Assembly (NCBI RefSeq): GCF_018977255.1
Contig: NW_024705333.1
Coordinates: forward strand, 1-54,011
Direction of reading: 5' to 3'
From: Callorhinchus milii
Taxonomy: Eukaryota
Length of the DNA: 54,011 bases
In this document: one piece after another, positions 15,001 through 30,000 of the stretch
Layout of the letters: every line of letters begins with the position of its first letter
Numbering within the stretch: position 1 is the stretch's first letter
Position numbers and translations under genes: made by a program
Notes under the pieces: model-generated
Told to the model about the DNA's origin: nothing
Database searches by the model: none
Seen by the model: the letters and a program-made list of their open reading frames with translations, nothing else

Positions 15001-18000
15001 CCCACTATCTAGATATGGATTGCCTGTCGTATCTATGGCCGCGTCGACCCTTGTCTGCTGAATTCATTTAACCCCCGCGCTCGCCTGGGTTGACCGGGGA
15101 GATCGTATAAACTGTGTTATTGCTTTTGGGTTCAAATTTCCCGTAAGCAAGGACATATCAATGATACCGGCGGAAGCGGGAAACGCGGACCCCACTATAA
15201 AATCCCCGGGGTGCGTTAGGGCAGTTACTACAAACATCGCAATTGAAGCGAGAGCGGAAATCACCAAACAGGTAGTTAACGCTGTTGTTCCGCAAAACTC
15301 TCGTTCTGTCTTGGCTGATGTTTTTCCCGCCGTTTTAAAATGCGAGCCATGGGCGCTAAATCACTAGCCGAAGATGGCGATCCCTGCAAAGAATCTCCAA
15401 CCTTCGATGGGGCCTTTTTCCGCTGTTAAATTTCTAACGGTCAGGGGGCCGGGCGCTCCTTAGATTCCTGACTTGAGTGTCTGTTCCAGCTTGGGCAAAC
15501 TAAACCTGTCACACTTGGCGCTGCAATCGATATTTAACCCGTGCGCGCTTGGCTGGTGCACGCACCCATCAACATTTATATATAGGCGTCGACCATCTGA
15601 CGGACGAGTAACTACAGGTAGTCATTGCTTCATGCTCCCACCGCAATGTCTTGGATGCTAAGGAGCGGTGTTAGGCCCTCTATCGCGTTACTGGCGAAAG
15701 CGCCTAGTGAAATGGACAAATAGGAGGATCTGTACGTGCGTCGTAAACACTACGGTTCTTGTCCGTCTCGCACAGGTTCGGCCGAATGATGCGTAGTCAA
15801 CCATTGGGCAAGTCTAGGCCTTTAATCTGCACTAACGATAGTGGATCGAACTGGGGAATTATGCATATGCTGTCTTCCCGACAGGAAATTTCATACAGTT
15901 AGTGTAAGTGTTGGCCAAATGCGATCAAATGAAGCGTGGATGCACGTATAAGTTGGAAGCCAAAGATGCCCTACTCTGATGTCTGACCCTTTGCAGGGAA
16001 ACAAGCCAATAGAGCTAAGCCCAGGGAAAATCACCTTGACGAAATGCCATTATGAGTTCAAGCCTGACGCAGCAGCAAAGTTAGCGTATAGAAGACGGTG
16101 CCGTACCTCCGACTAAAGTAATCAATCTGCGGCCAAAACTAAGATAGACTCAGTTCGGCACGGCACCGTGAACTAACGGATAGGCAATCATATCTCGACG
16201 ATTGGTATTTACGAGCCGGAGATCAGGTATGGGGTGTGTCCAACTCGGAAAAGATGGTAACACGAAAACACGATCGTGGCTTGGTTTGCCGAATGATTGT
16301 CGAACGGGGTCCTATTTTCCCGGAGCATGACCGTTTGAAGCTAGCTCTTCACAATCCGTGGCGGGGACCTGTAGTAAGCAAGAAGATTTTGCGAGATAGG
16401 CAAGGCAAATCGTGGGTTGCAACATTGTCAAGTGGGGGGACCGGTGATTTGCTGCTTGGCAAAAATCACATACTAAGCCAACGATACCCGACACTCCATG
16501 GTCTAGCCCATTTGAGGATGCCTGGTGCTAGACGGAGCTCAGGATTGGGGTACGGATTGTTAAGCCAGAATGTGACCAGTACTGTCCCGTTCCACTGGCA
16601 GATGGGCACCGTAAGACGGGACTCAGGTGCCGATGGCTCCGGCAGGAGGCTAGAACTCAAACAGAACACTCGGACGCAGCAAACCGAACGGAACACGATT
16701 AACCGCGGTAGCGGGAGGAGCCAGTCCGACCATAGTTATCCAAGGTCTCGGGATTCCTCATCTCACAAGACAACCTACGTCCTTTCGCGCGTCGCGTCTA
16801 CAGAGCACAGTTGCTCAGGTTCCAAAACCTGGTAAAACGCGAGGTCATGCAATACGTTACCCTTGTGCGCCCGGATCCAAGAATCGACGCATGGCGTTAA
16901 AATATCTTTCCCCGAAGGTGGGGCCTTAGAAAATCCAATAGGATGTTACCGATTAATTAAATATGGTTCGGGCGAGGGTGCTGATAGAGTCGGCTTGAAA
17001 ATTGCCGTCCCGGTAAAGCTAGCACCTCGAGGCAATGTTACTATCGCCATTGCAGCAGCGGCCTAAACGTCTGTACGGTGGCTGAGTGCCCTGAGTGGGG
17101 CTAATATAAATCATGGACCATCAACAGCCTGTCCGGTGTCCGTGGGATGTTCCTTTATATTTTGGATATTACCACATACCAAAACGAAATTAGTACCCTC
17201 TTGGTATACACGGCCACCATTGGGAAAAGTGGAGTTATTGGGAACTTCCAGGGGTGTAAACTTCCAGTGCGATTGGCCTGAATAAAAAGATTTGTCTAGA
17301 CATTATCCCGTATTGAGTCTACCCATCTTCCCGTGCAGCGTTATTTTCGGCATTGCAAATCTCCGTCTCTATAGTAGCTTCCGCATATGTTGCAAGGTAT
17401 GAGCAGAGGTCACTAGTATGGCGGCCGATTTGTACTTCACGAGCAGCATCTGCAACCAAGCCGAGGTTCCATTATTCGAGTGGAAAACAAGGATGACGAA
17501 GCATGAGGTTTACGAGTTGCTGACTCAGAGGTACATTTGTTCCCCAAGGGCACTTGGACCCTAACCGATTCATTGAGAATGTAGTATTTTATATATTGAG
17601 CGTGTACCGGTGGCCCCCAGTCATGCAGGCCAGGCTCGTTTACCGCAGTAATTGCATATTTTCGCACCTCAGAGGGACACATGAGCGGGTAGCATACCTG
17701 TCTTGATGACTTACTCATTGCTGAAGGCATAGCCACGTAGTCAAAGGGATCAAACTTTGGCATTTTGGTTCACTTGTTTTCCTAAACTTCAATAGAAGCA
17801 CTTATTGTCTGTCTGGGCCTGCGTTTCAGACGCGGCTGGCCCAATTGGGAGTGCGATCCCCCGGACTTTTGGGTCACTTAAGCAGTGATCTTTCTCCATT
17901 CAGCTAGCGAAGAGCAATGGATGCTTTAACCCCGCTCGAACTTATCGGGGTTCTTAAACCCACTGTCAGGTTGCGGGAACTACAATAATGTAGCGAGGTC

Positions 18001-21000
18001 TATGGCGCGCACGCCCCTGAAGCGCCTGAGACTGTCCGTACATCGAGTCGGTGTACTCTTCAATTGGGTAACACCCGTTGCCGAATGACTCTCACGTAAG
18101 AATTGGTTAAGTCCCTAGACCGCGACCCCGTGGCCGGAGGGGTTTTAAAATGCCGAGAATTGTCGGTTGGCAGAGTTACCTGATGTAACATCCGTCATTA
18201 GACTTCGCGTAGGAGTAAAATGCTGGAGGGCAACGTTAATTCGAATACTGAACCCAGGTCCAATCAAGCCCTAACGGCGCTCCTAGACCTGCTTTAAAAT
18301 TCGGTCATGTGGCATTCTGAGTTGCAGGCAAGGGCCACAAGAACGATCTATCCGGGAAGTTTGTCGTTCCATGACGTGAATGGGACAGGGGAGTGGGAGT
18401 CATGGCAGTCAGCAGTTACAGTGCCAATTATATATCGCTGGCTCAGAGTGAAGAGGAAAATTGAGATTTCTGGCTCCCGTGATGGACTCCTGTAGCACAG
18501 AAGAAGGGCCTGGAATGACATAGAGTATCCGACCAGCACCTGTTAGTCTGTGTCCAATCTCAACGATCATTTTCGTAAAAGATCTGTAGCCATGCAGCCC
18601 GAGCAGGTCGCAACGCTCCAGAGTTTGAAGAAGTGAGACGGTTCTAAGCGTAGAGTTGTCTTAGACCTGACTGGGATGTTCCCTAGGTAGCCTCACACTC
18701 AAGGCTTTCCAAAGCTATTCCGGGTTAGAGAACCGCCGACCCCGACTCTACTCACTTTCCCCCACGATAGTCGATTATCGTAGAATTGTTCGTAGCCGAG
18801 ATCGTCTTCTACTCAGAAGGGGACCGGTCCTCTTGGAGCTAGTAATGCCTGATCAGCACAGTACAAGATAAAGATGTGGCAGAAACACCGTCTAGTTTGC
18901 TTAAGACCGTCGATTGGACTGTATAGAGGCCATACTGGTGACCGGGAGTGCGTTTCCGAGAAACACCGACGGTCTGCTTCTTTTAGGGTTCGAACGCACC
19001 CTACTTTCTAGCAAAGGGGCTCCAAGATTTCCGTTCGAGACAGTAGGTAGCAGAGCGTAACAATTTATGGGATGTAGTATCGACGGATTTCTCTGCATTG
19101 TTACACCGGTTGAAGGGTGCAGTGGTCGGAGCTGGCATTTCTAATGTGCTGTCTTAAACCTATTAGAGAACAACTAGCCGGGTAATTTGGGAGAGCTGTC
19201 GTGCAGCGCTATCAATCACCGCTTCAAAAGAAACGTATGTAAGACTCGTTTTGAAGCTAATTACTACGAGCCGTTTACGCATCTTTTTCGGCGGCTTTTG
19301 GCTATAGGTAAGCATCGTGCGGGGAAAAATTGCACAAATTCAATTACGTTAGCCAGGCAGACTGCATTCAAGCCTCAAGATTTAGACACAACTGAGCAAG
19401 CTGGCTCACACCTCGGAGACGGCTAAGCAAATGGATTTAGATTATTAAATCGACGAGGTGGCCGGGTAACGTATTAAGATATGATACTTAGATAACCCAT
19501 CTTGATCTCGTCTATGATCTTTGTGCACTCGACCTAATTTTTAGTTGTATGCATTTTGCTGCTTTCATGAGGCATTGCCGGTTCCAAATGGATACATCAT
19601 GCAAACTTTTCATGCCACGACAGTAGTGTTACTGTTAGACGGTACTGTTAAAACGATCCTACTGGCCTTTCAAGCCCCGAGCGATGACCGGAGAAGACTG
19701 AGAACTAACAACATAGAATAGGTCCTGTGATACCTCGGCAGGGCCCATAAACACATACTATACATGATTCAACGTACACAATTAGAATTGACCTGCTGGT
19801 AGACTTTTGTTCGTCCACCCTCGAGTTGAGACACAACATCCCTACAGGCCAGACAATACGATCTCTCGAACGCTGTTAACCGTTTGCAAGAATGCTTAGC
19901 GAGAAGCTGATCTGAAAACCACAGATGCGGAGTGAGCCGATGGCCTTACCCCTACCCACAGTTTCCTTTCACAGGCGGCCGCGTGCTGATTATGCACATC
20001 AAGTCACCGAGATGGGATTGTGACAGTGTACAGTTCGTGCGGACCGCTGGTCTTGTGAACCACCCGATCTGGAAGCGAGACCTGGATCTATGTTTTGGAG
20101 CCGGCGTTGGTATCTGTTAGTTATAGTTATTCGCGCTATCTTAACCGTCCTGTTAAGACGCACAAATCCACTCTGGCCAACAAAGTAATACTTAGTCCCC
20201 AACTTCCACCACCTCACCTAGAGTCTACTCTCGTGGTCTAAGAGCATGGGCTATTTGGGCCGGCTCTGCAAAATAAAAGGACGCCCTGATCTGGCAAGTT
20301 GTCCGCACTCTAATCCCACACAAACGATCTGCTGTCCAGCGTGCCGTGATGTATCGACGGCCATGCTGGGGTAAGCCGCCGGAAATAGAGACTTCTAGCT
20401 GCAACAACTCATGTTAATAAACAATAGATGGCGCGTTTCACTTCGGGCGGGACTTGCGGCCGATCCTCACAAGGTAGAAAACGGTTGAAAGCGTCCAGCG
20501 GGCTAACCGTAACTGAGAGGTTTTTAGGACTTGAGATAGATCTGTTACGCGGAAGTTTGCGTTCCGGGATCCCGGCAAATGGGATTTGCAAAATGGACGG
20601 GCTGCATTCCCTGACCCCAGCTAGACGCGGGACTGAAGCAGTACGGCCAGCCGTCGAGTTCGCGGACATAAATGCCGACTGAAAAAAGTCGCCGGGTGCT
20701 GTTGTAGCCGACTGAGGGACCCTCGTGCGCTTGTCAACTGGAAACGCGTAGGGGACGCATAGAGAAGGAGACGGGATTCGTCTTTGCTACTGTTAGTGAA
20801 TAAGCTATACCCAGTGGGTGCGGTTAACTGGACATGGACGTTGTCGGTCCCGAAGTTTAACTGTACACAAGCGCAATGCCAGTAATCGCTTTCACCCGTC
20901 GGATCGTTGAAATAAGCACTCTTATAGTATTACGGTACTGATCCTCCCGCTCTCTGCACTTAAACTGAGTGGACTGTCAAACAGTCGCCCGGGCGCTCAC

Positions 21001-24000
21001 GCCCACCGGGTGCCTATTCCAGACCCGCGATAAGGTCGTAGCAAGTTTTCCGTAATCTAGATGATCCAAAAGCGGATAAAAGGTTCGGCGGCAGTGAGGG
21101 AATTAGGGGCTGATTGGGGACGTTAAACGAAGATGGTCACAGCTAACGTCGATTCATCCGGTAGCTGCTGAGCCCACATATCCATTGTACATGGAACGGT
21201 ATGAAGGATGGAACAGACTTTACACCAAAAGTTCGTTACGCGGAGCTCCAGGTTAAAACCTCCAGATCAGTAACGTCTAGCCCATCTCCACGCACAGGGA
21301 GCGCCGGACCGCTACAAGCTACTGCTCGAAGGTAATCTCTGGACAAGGGGCATGCATTCGAGTTTAGGTCTTCGGACTTAGTGGCCTTCCCAAAGTCTAG
21401 TATCGCACCCATTGGAACGGATAGCTACCTGAATGTTTTAGAGGCAGCAGATCATATCTCCTGAGAGCTACGTTTGGCGCCACCCTATCCCTACACTCGT
21501 TGAGTCCAAGGTTATGATGCGCCCCGCATCTATTTTCTATGGAGCTTGGCGAAAAACTTGGTGGTCCAGTAACTACTTGCCCCTTCAAACGATTGATGTT
21601 CTAAGAGTTAATATTCCGAATAGTTGGTCACCCCACTTTGAACTCCCCTATCGTTATAGAGAAAATACACTAGCCTTACGAAATATGCTACCGTATGCGG
21701 ATTAGCAATGCACAGCCAAAAACTATACATAAATCGGTGAAAGACAGTCTAATTAATAAGAAACGGCATATACGAGCACCAGGTGCGATGGTACGCGTTC
21801 ACATATTTTCGCAACCACGCTAGCATACCCCGTGCCTACGGAGGACCGCCTAGACAAACACAACAGCTTCGTGGGCAGCAAGGGATTGGTGGCTAGAATA
21901 CGCATATGGTTCGCGGCAGTCTCGTGCGTAAAAAATCACCCTTGGTATTATGGTAACGTCTCATTAGAATACTAGACCACACCAAACGTGTAACCCACTC
22001 CGATGGCACGAGGCCGTCATGTCCGCGAGATCAGGTGACAACACTATGTAGGAGAGCCGTAGCAGGCACCTTGATCCGTATCCCGGAAGTAGTACATTAA
22101 CCAATTCTAACTCAAGCACCTATTGCGCAATATACTGAGGGTGACGGGGAATGATACGTATCTACGGTGTGATGAAACGGGAGCGAATCCCGTCGAAGCG
22201 CTCATTGTTGCTTTCGTCACCTCCGTAGGGCACACCGTAGCTATTGACGATTGACAAAACCCAATACACCTCGTTAAGGTAGTCATTGTGGTAAAATTAA
22301 TGTCACTTGGTGTAACCTCATTGGTTCGTGAGCTGGGCTAGCCATATTGAACAAACGCCAACAGAGGGTTATAGGCCACCAACTTAGGTGGTGGCCCTAC
22401 CCTGCAAAATGAGATCAACGTTAGGTCTCGGCATGTAACCTGGGGGACTCAATTAGTAAACTGAAAATCTGTTATGCCATATTTCTGTTACGACCCGACG
22501 TCCTGACGGTAATGAACATACTGGTCCCCCAACTTGTCTAGCGCACGAGCGAAGACCTTCATACCCATGAGTCGTAAGAAACAACGCCGGTCTAATTTTG
22601 ACTAGGCAGCAGGTGAGGACGACCTAATTGGAGCCGCGCGCGCCGTAGGCTCCAGCGGCCGCAGCCCCTTTCTTGCATCCTAAATTGCTACGTGCATCCT
22701 AAGTAGAGCGCACCCAGGTCAGCGGGTAGCCCATGATATGGGAGCTCAATCAGCACCAGTTCACCCTCAGTTTCCTGCCTCAGCTTTCACGCCGGCTAAG
22801 TTCGACTAGAAGATAACAATAGATGGTTGACTACAAAATGCAACGACCTCCATAGTGCGCGCTATTCAGATGCTACAACATTAGTATGTTGGTTCCACTA
22901 GCAAATGCACACTTTAGAAATAGAACAACTCTTTCCGCTTCGATGGTCCCTTCTAGAAAAGACATACTAAGTTACATACAATAACACGTACATAGGCTTT
23001 ATTGCCCATTAGAGTTTGCTGCCATTGCGTTTTAACGCTGTTGGCGCCCCAAGGAGATGAGTTGTTTATTCTCTCGATTCAGCCTGCGAAATTGGGTTGC
23101 AGTGAGGGCCCCGTCAGCGGGCGCAAACTGGCCTTCCGATTACGGCTTTAGGTTCCGAAGAGAGTGCAAAGGCGGCGAGACCGATTTAATGCCGGGGCCT
23201 TAGCTGCGCGTTAAAAATTAACGTCATTTCCCGGGTCGAAGCGGTAAGTGCGCTGACTGAGTTCAATAAGCGTCCCGATGATGACTCGCGCTTCAAGTTT
23301 GACAGGCTAAGCGGGTCGCATTCGTATCGCTACGATGCGATTCCGACAAACCACGGGTGCGGGCCCAGTCGATTTAAGACCCCATCCTTGAGCCGACGAA
23401 ACAGTAACACACGTGAGAAACTGTAATCGCTCTGGCTAGATATATAATAAACATTCTAGCCCACCGAAATTTGTGCCATACTTATAGTCAGAAGCGCGGT
23501 GATGGACACGATATTATTCTAACTTCTGCCCGAGTGATTCACCGGCCGGGTCTGATGTGACCGGCGGCGATGTCCAACAGGGACGGCTGTAGAACTATTT
23601 CTCGTGAGACTTGGAGGCATCACCGACCTCTGTATGCCCTCCGAATGCCCAGGCTTTGGTGGCTGTATAATTTTTATCCAGTGCCACCCCAACATAAAAT
23701 GGCGGCTAGTGCCTGGGAGGGGCCGGCGGTTACATGAACAATGATTGGGACAGGAACTGGTTAGCCGAATTGGAGAATTGTAGCGGAAAGGTTTTACCTT
23801 CCCCAGGGATCTCACCCATCGCAAGTGCCCATCCTACGACAACTGGTCTCGGTTAGGGTGTAGCGGAGGGTCAACGTCGGGTATATCTGGTTAAGCCCGA
23901 TTCTAAATCAGAGACAGCTGGATATAAAAGGCCTTATCTCTCAGGAGCAATAATCACCATAAATGGAACTTAACCGCGAAAGTACTGAATGTGGACTCAG

Positions 24001-27000
24001 ATGGCTTAACCCTAATTATGTGTATTTATGTTCTTATGCCCGATCCTCCGTGGATCCCCGCCCCACGGCGCAATTTTTACTTTGGACTTGACGTTCGAGG
24101 GGCTAAGGTTTCTGGATCCCTCCCCTTTTGTATATATGATCCTGTTACGCTTTGGGGGGCCAACTCAGAGTATCGTAAGTAGCAACGCTGGACCTTAAGG
24201 AGAAGGAGTACCGCAACATAACGTACGCAGAAACAGTGTACTAGGAGGAGAAGGTCAAGGGGGGTCGGCACTTCGTGATTTGGGGACCTGTCGTCCTTCT
24301 TGCAGCTCTCGGAGATTGATCCCGCTAAGCCACCCCGAGTCTTTCCGGCCGAACTTGTAGAAGGAGATCCAGGGGTCCCTACCTAAATCACAGAGCCGTA
24401 TGGACTGCTCGAAGAGTAACAGCCTCTCATTGGTTGTGGTTCGCCTGAAACTCCTAAAGACTTGTCTAATACTGAGCTGAATAAATAACCTTACTTGGAT
24501 ACTTGGGACCTTAAAAGTTAGAGAAAGCACCATCTTGCGAATGAGATTCCGGTCTCTGATGGGTGACACGCATGCGAGCAGGGTTGAATATGGTAGGATA
24601 ACTGTAGAGGACGCCTAACAGGACGTTTTGAGCCTTCCTCCATATTGACCAACTTATTCCAGTGGGACGCCGTTCGCCATAGCGGTAGTATGGTACAGAT
24701 GCGCTCAGTTTGGCTTTGGGCGTAGAAAGTCTTGCACGACACCTAAGGTCCTCGCCACAATATGCTGGAGCTGCCCTCGCAAGCGTGCCCTGTATATTAG
24801 TTACAAGCAGCGCTATTCATAAGCAGAACGAACGCTGGACTCATTGAACAACGACAAGCACCGAGGCAATCTCCGAGACGTGCTCTGCCCGCGTTGCCGG
24901 AATCGTCAGCTTTCTTCTATGCACGCTGAAATCCAAGTTGGGCTTACCACCACTTCCGACCACAAATCCACGAGTTGGGCCTCCATTCCTAGAGGTCTTA
25001 ACTCCTCTTAGTAGTAGCGGAAAAGCGCTAGCTAACAAAAAAGTTTTGGTAGCAGGCGTCAGGAGACCTACACCCGAAGGCGGCGCATAGCCCTTATTGA
25101 TCCGTAAGGACAGATAGGAGGCCCCTGCATCGAAGTCAAGCTTGTCACAAGTGTTACTTCTCACGGAGGTAGGACAGCAAGCCGATCGCTCAGTTTCAAA
25201 TCCGGTGCGTGCGTCTGGTTGAACAAACCTCACGGGCGTACTTTTACACAACTTTCGCGGATCAGCTCTAGGTCTGCCGTTAGGCTGAAGATACCAAGAG
25301 TCGCTGCCCAAAATACAAGCGTCAAGGGGTCCTCCTTCAACAGTGTCCTGTAGGTCGTGAGGGCTACCGCTCGGCTCCTGCTTTCCCTTCCTTGAAAATC
25401 TCGTATATTCGACAGCTCGCAATCATTGCTAACAGGACAGTTTCAACTTACAATCTTCTTTAACGATCTGTTGAATTGGGATAGCGTCACCTGTAAACCC
25501 GCGGGCGATTCCACGGGCCCAGCCCAGTAAACCAAGACATTATGTTAGGGTTCGTTGAGCGAAGATCCAAGTCCCTAGCGCTCCATCGCAATTACGGCCT
25601 TTCAACCAAATGGGATATGGCTAGTTGCACCAGTATTATGTGCGGAGAAATCACCTTGTAAGCGCTCGAGCTTAGTGGAGGACCTATAATGCGCGTCATC
25701 TCCTAGTTGAGGAATAAGTCCAGTCTTCTGCCTTTCGAGATAATAGGTATTTGCACATATGCTCGCAGTTATTATTCCAACGGGCGTTCTCGTCACGATG
25801 AATAGGTGCATAAATGGGACGAGCGTGCTATTAGCGGCATTGACAATGATTAGTGTCTGTGCAGCCTGCATTTAAGCTGCGGTGACAATCTTATCCGTGC
25901 TCAAGGGGTTCGAAACCTCCCCTGAGGACAAAGCCTGCGTCTAGGGTTTTCCTTGGCTCTCACCATGGGTGCCACAGTCAACCACGTTTTTATAGTACTA
26001 ATCAAGCCTGGTCACTCCATAAACAGGAACTAGGGTGAGGTCCCCAACACTTCACCGTTCATCTTATAAAAGACCCAGTATTCAGCGCGTAACCGAGTTA
26101 CCACACTAGTCCATGGTCAATCTACCCTAAGGCAAGAGGTAGGGCCGCTTCAATGACACAGACCCGGGCTCTACATCGAAGTTAGTTGATGTGGGATCTG
26201 CCCCAGAAATACCGGAAAGTAGTTCTTGAAACTTCAAGAGAGCCTTTCAACGGAAGGCAATAGGTAAGAGTCCGGGTCAGTGTACCAGCACAACGTGTGG
26301 ACGAATATTTGGGGGCAGATGGCCGACGGAGTATCTTCGGAGTGCTCCGTGATAGGCAATAAGTCAGAGAACCAGTGCAGTTTACTATATGGAACATAAA
26401 GATGGGGCCGACAGGGAGACGTTAATCTGATACTTCGGTCACTACAAACAGCAGATTTAGTGCTAGTACATATAAGTGCGTCTGGACGTGTAGGGCCGGA
26501 GTGCCCTCGAATAGTCGTGGTTGGTGTATGGGCGCATCGATAAATTCATCAATAGCATAGGAATCTATCTGTCGGGTTGCTCCCCAGCCTCGTGGCATCG
26601 TTACTAGCCGTTTCCCATGCCACTGGCTGAAATGAGAATAATTTAGCTCGGCTGCCAATCTACATTTGGGCTGAATCAAACGGGAAGAGTTTATAACAAC
26701 GTACCTTGATCCTGCTTCCTCCGCTAGGCACAGCGGTTGAACGCTACGAAAAGTCGTCTCAGATTATAGACTAAACACATAATGGATCAGGTTAACTATC
26801 GCGTACATTGAAATCGAGATAACTTGAGAAGGGAATTACCTAATGATCCGAGTCTGGCGGTCCCCTATCCTGGGCAACATCACGCAACGAGGTTGTAGTT
26901 CCCTCTAATCTGCTTCCCCGTGAAGTATTTAGCCCATATACCGGTGCCTAGGTCTACTGATCTCCTCTGAGATGGTCCCAGCCTATATCGCGCGAACAAT

Positions 27001-30000
27001 ATTATTTGCTGCGTCACAGCAGCTTCGCCGCGAAAGGGGTGTAGCTGACTGATGTGAGTAAGCAGAGTTAAAGTTGTGCGGTAGCGAGTGACGCCGGGCC
27101 AAGCCTTTGACTCCCGTCTTCGATGTTTAGATTCCTCAGATTGCAATGTCACGTAAGCCGTAAAATCGCCAACTACGTTCACTGATTTGAACGAAAATCC
27201 AGTTTGGATTAGCAATATCAGGGGCACGAGCACTTTGCCGATAGGCTCAAGCTGTGTGCGCGCGAGGCTGGATCCGCGAAGCTGCTGTATAGGAATGACT
27301 CCGAGGCAAGCGCGGAACGATGGTGACTCTGCCGCCTACAAGCCGGATGGACTGAGTATTCAAACAAGAGCGGGGGAGGCCATAGCTAAATATATTTTGA
27401 ACGTTTTTAAATATTTCTTATCGCAAGTAACGGCGCACACTTGTCTGGGCCTAAGCCGTTTGGGGATGTCCGAGCCATTGCAATCTACATTATAGTTGGC
27501 ATCCACAACCCCACAGAGAGAAAAGAGGTTGGGTCTGTTGTTCTCCAAGCGGTGAGACTCCCGGGTTGTAGATTATCGAGTCACTGCTATTTTTCTGAGG
27601 CGCCTATCGTGTGTATCCCAGGGACTGGGCGACGTTGCGCCACAAATGCTGGTTACGTATTTGCCCGCATCAGACTCTTGGGGATGTAATGAATTTGATT
27701 TCGGCTTTGACCAGAAGCCGATTGAATAGAATACTTAGTCATGTTCAGACAGTACCAGAGCGAAGTACCGGTGATTCCGATTTTTCCGCAGCCTAGGGAG
27801 ACCCATACGGGTTGAAGAATATGAAGGTAGCGTCCTGTATGCCGATTTGCGGGAAACTCGGTATTGGCCGCGGGCGAATGATCCAATCTGACTGACCTAG
27901 CAAGTCCATTGCTTCGTGAATAAATGTAGCCAACAATTGCCGTAACAACCCTTTAAAAATGGAAGATATATAGTTAAGTTTCCTGAGTTCGCGAACACAG
28001 GAGGTCCTTGTCGTCTTCCCCCCATATCCGCGTCTGGCACTAACGCAAGGGAGCTGCGCGGAATGACTATACAATGTGACCGCGTCAAACGGACTCCTGG
28101 GCAACAGTTTTACTAAGGTTCAAGCGAAATTGCGACTGTTCTTAAGACGTATGCTATGTCACGCTCAAGTGTTGGGATCCCACAACATAGAGACCGAGCA
28201 GTTTTTGCATCTTAGTTTCAATTGGAAAGAGATGGTGTCGCCGTCGGCCTCCACGTAATACGACTCACTGCATTGTGAAGGTCGGGTTATAATCGTGAGC
28301 ATGGCCTCCAGCACTAGCCATACTGGTAGCGGACTGACGCTACTTGGCGCGCAAAGAGTTTAGTACATGTTCCTAACAACCTTTTTACGTTGCGTATCAG
28401 ACACGCATAGTAGGGACAGTAAGTCGGACGGTTCCCCACGGACTCCACCCCACAACCCATCTGCACATGTCCGAGCAGAGGGCGGGATTTTTTGAGGCCA
28501 TACGGGGTGGCACTCTTTTCAGAGTGGTAGGTCGGCGTTCTATCGTCAGCTCTTCGATTTGAAGCAACGGTATTGACCGTGAGATGGGTATAAACAAGAA
28601 AGTTACAGCCGTCTAATCAAACATTTAAATGTGCAACAATACCTTCTATTGATGATTGCCCGAGGCAAACGGCTATAATGTATAAAGTCTTTGTATTCTG
28701 TTAACTTACAATACAGAAGCAGCGATAGACGGGAATAACCATTGTTCTAACGCATTGTTCGGATTAGACTGGGGACGTTTCGAGCAGCACATTATCAGGC
28801 ACATTCGTAATTTACTGAGCAGACCATCCAAGCACGATCGATTCAGGAAGTATCTGACTGGTGTGTTTGGGGCCCTATAGCAATAGAACGTCTTACCATT
28901 TGTTATACCAATCAGGTCAGGGCACCGTAGTCGCTGTCTACCCTGAAGATAAGAGGGTTGAGTCGCTCTGAAAACCGGCAGATATCACCTATGTGCCCGC
29001 AGTCGACAACCCTCCAACAGCTTGTCGCATAGGATTGAAGTCCGCTACCCGGGCGCGCCACGATGCTTCCAATGTCCCGATTCGCTGTGAAGTCATCAGA
29101 GTGTTACATGTCTTAGACACCGCTTGATGCCCAATTGCGTCCTGATGGCGCGTCGGACCATGACGTAGGGCCGGATGAAGCGTCAATCAGCCTCGACCCA
29201 GCACATAAGAACGTTGCTGTGAACGGAACATCCTTGTAGCAGTGCCTGATGCGAGTACCGTCGGCTGAGGGTAACTCTCTACTGTCAATAAGGCTCGTCG
29301 AATGAACGACAATCACCAACATGGCGTAGGGGTTAACGCACTGTCGAAATCTAATTAGCAAGTAGATTTACTTACTCGTTAGTTTTCAGGACAACTTTGG
29401 CCGTAGCACAGCGCATTGGGATCGGTGGATACTGACCCATTGTTTGGCGACTTGGAAACCGTCTTTTCCTCTAAGTGGTCTTAACCTGACAAGGTTCGGA
29501 GCCAAGCCGAATATCATAGGCGTATGTGAACCACCTCCAAGTAAATGCAAGGCCGGAGATGAGAGGAGACTTGACTTATATCGTCTAATGATCTTAACAC
29601 AATAAGAAACCAACCATTGGGGCGGATTGCTATACCTTTCTCCAGTGCTGATCAACAAAAGGTGGATGCCTAAAGTTCGCCCGGTGGCGCACTGCCCTAC
29701 AGATACGTATTAAGGTGACATAAGTAGGCAGCCCCAGTTCTCCGTGTGTCAAACAGACCCAGATTCGTATGGGCGTGGCGAACCGTCTAGGAACGTGCTG
29801 ACTGGTTGCCCGAGAGTCACGATATCTCTTCGCAGACGCCCGCGTATTGCCTATAGTGCCCGCCTAGTTTAAGCTCAATGATCTGGGCCGCCGCACGGAC
29901 TCGTTTAATGTCATCTATGTGAACCAACTCTATTCGGACCCGTCTCACTTTCGGACAGTCTGGGCTCTCCGGTTTGCCGTGTCGCAATTTCTATGTAATG

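Noticed and set aside
16236..16835. 199-aa ORF (longest in the window)
   Set aside because: Non-ATG start, Arg/Ser/Gly-rich composition typical of random DNA, no motif; length is plausible by chance in 36 kb.
24841..25422. 193-aa minus-strand ORF
   Set aside because: Non-ATG start, no recognisable domain, lies in the random-like segment.
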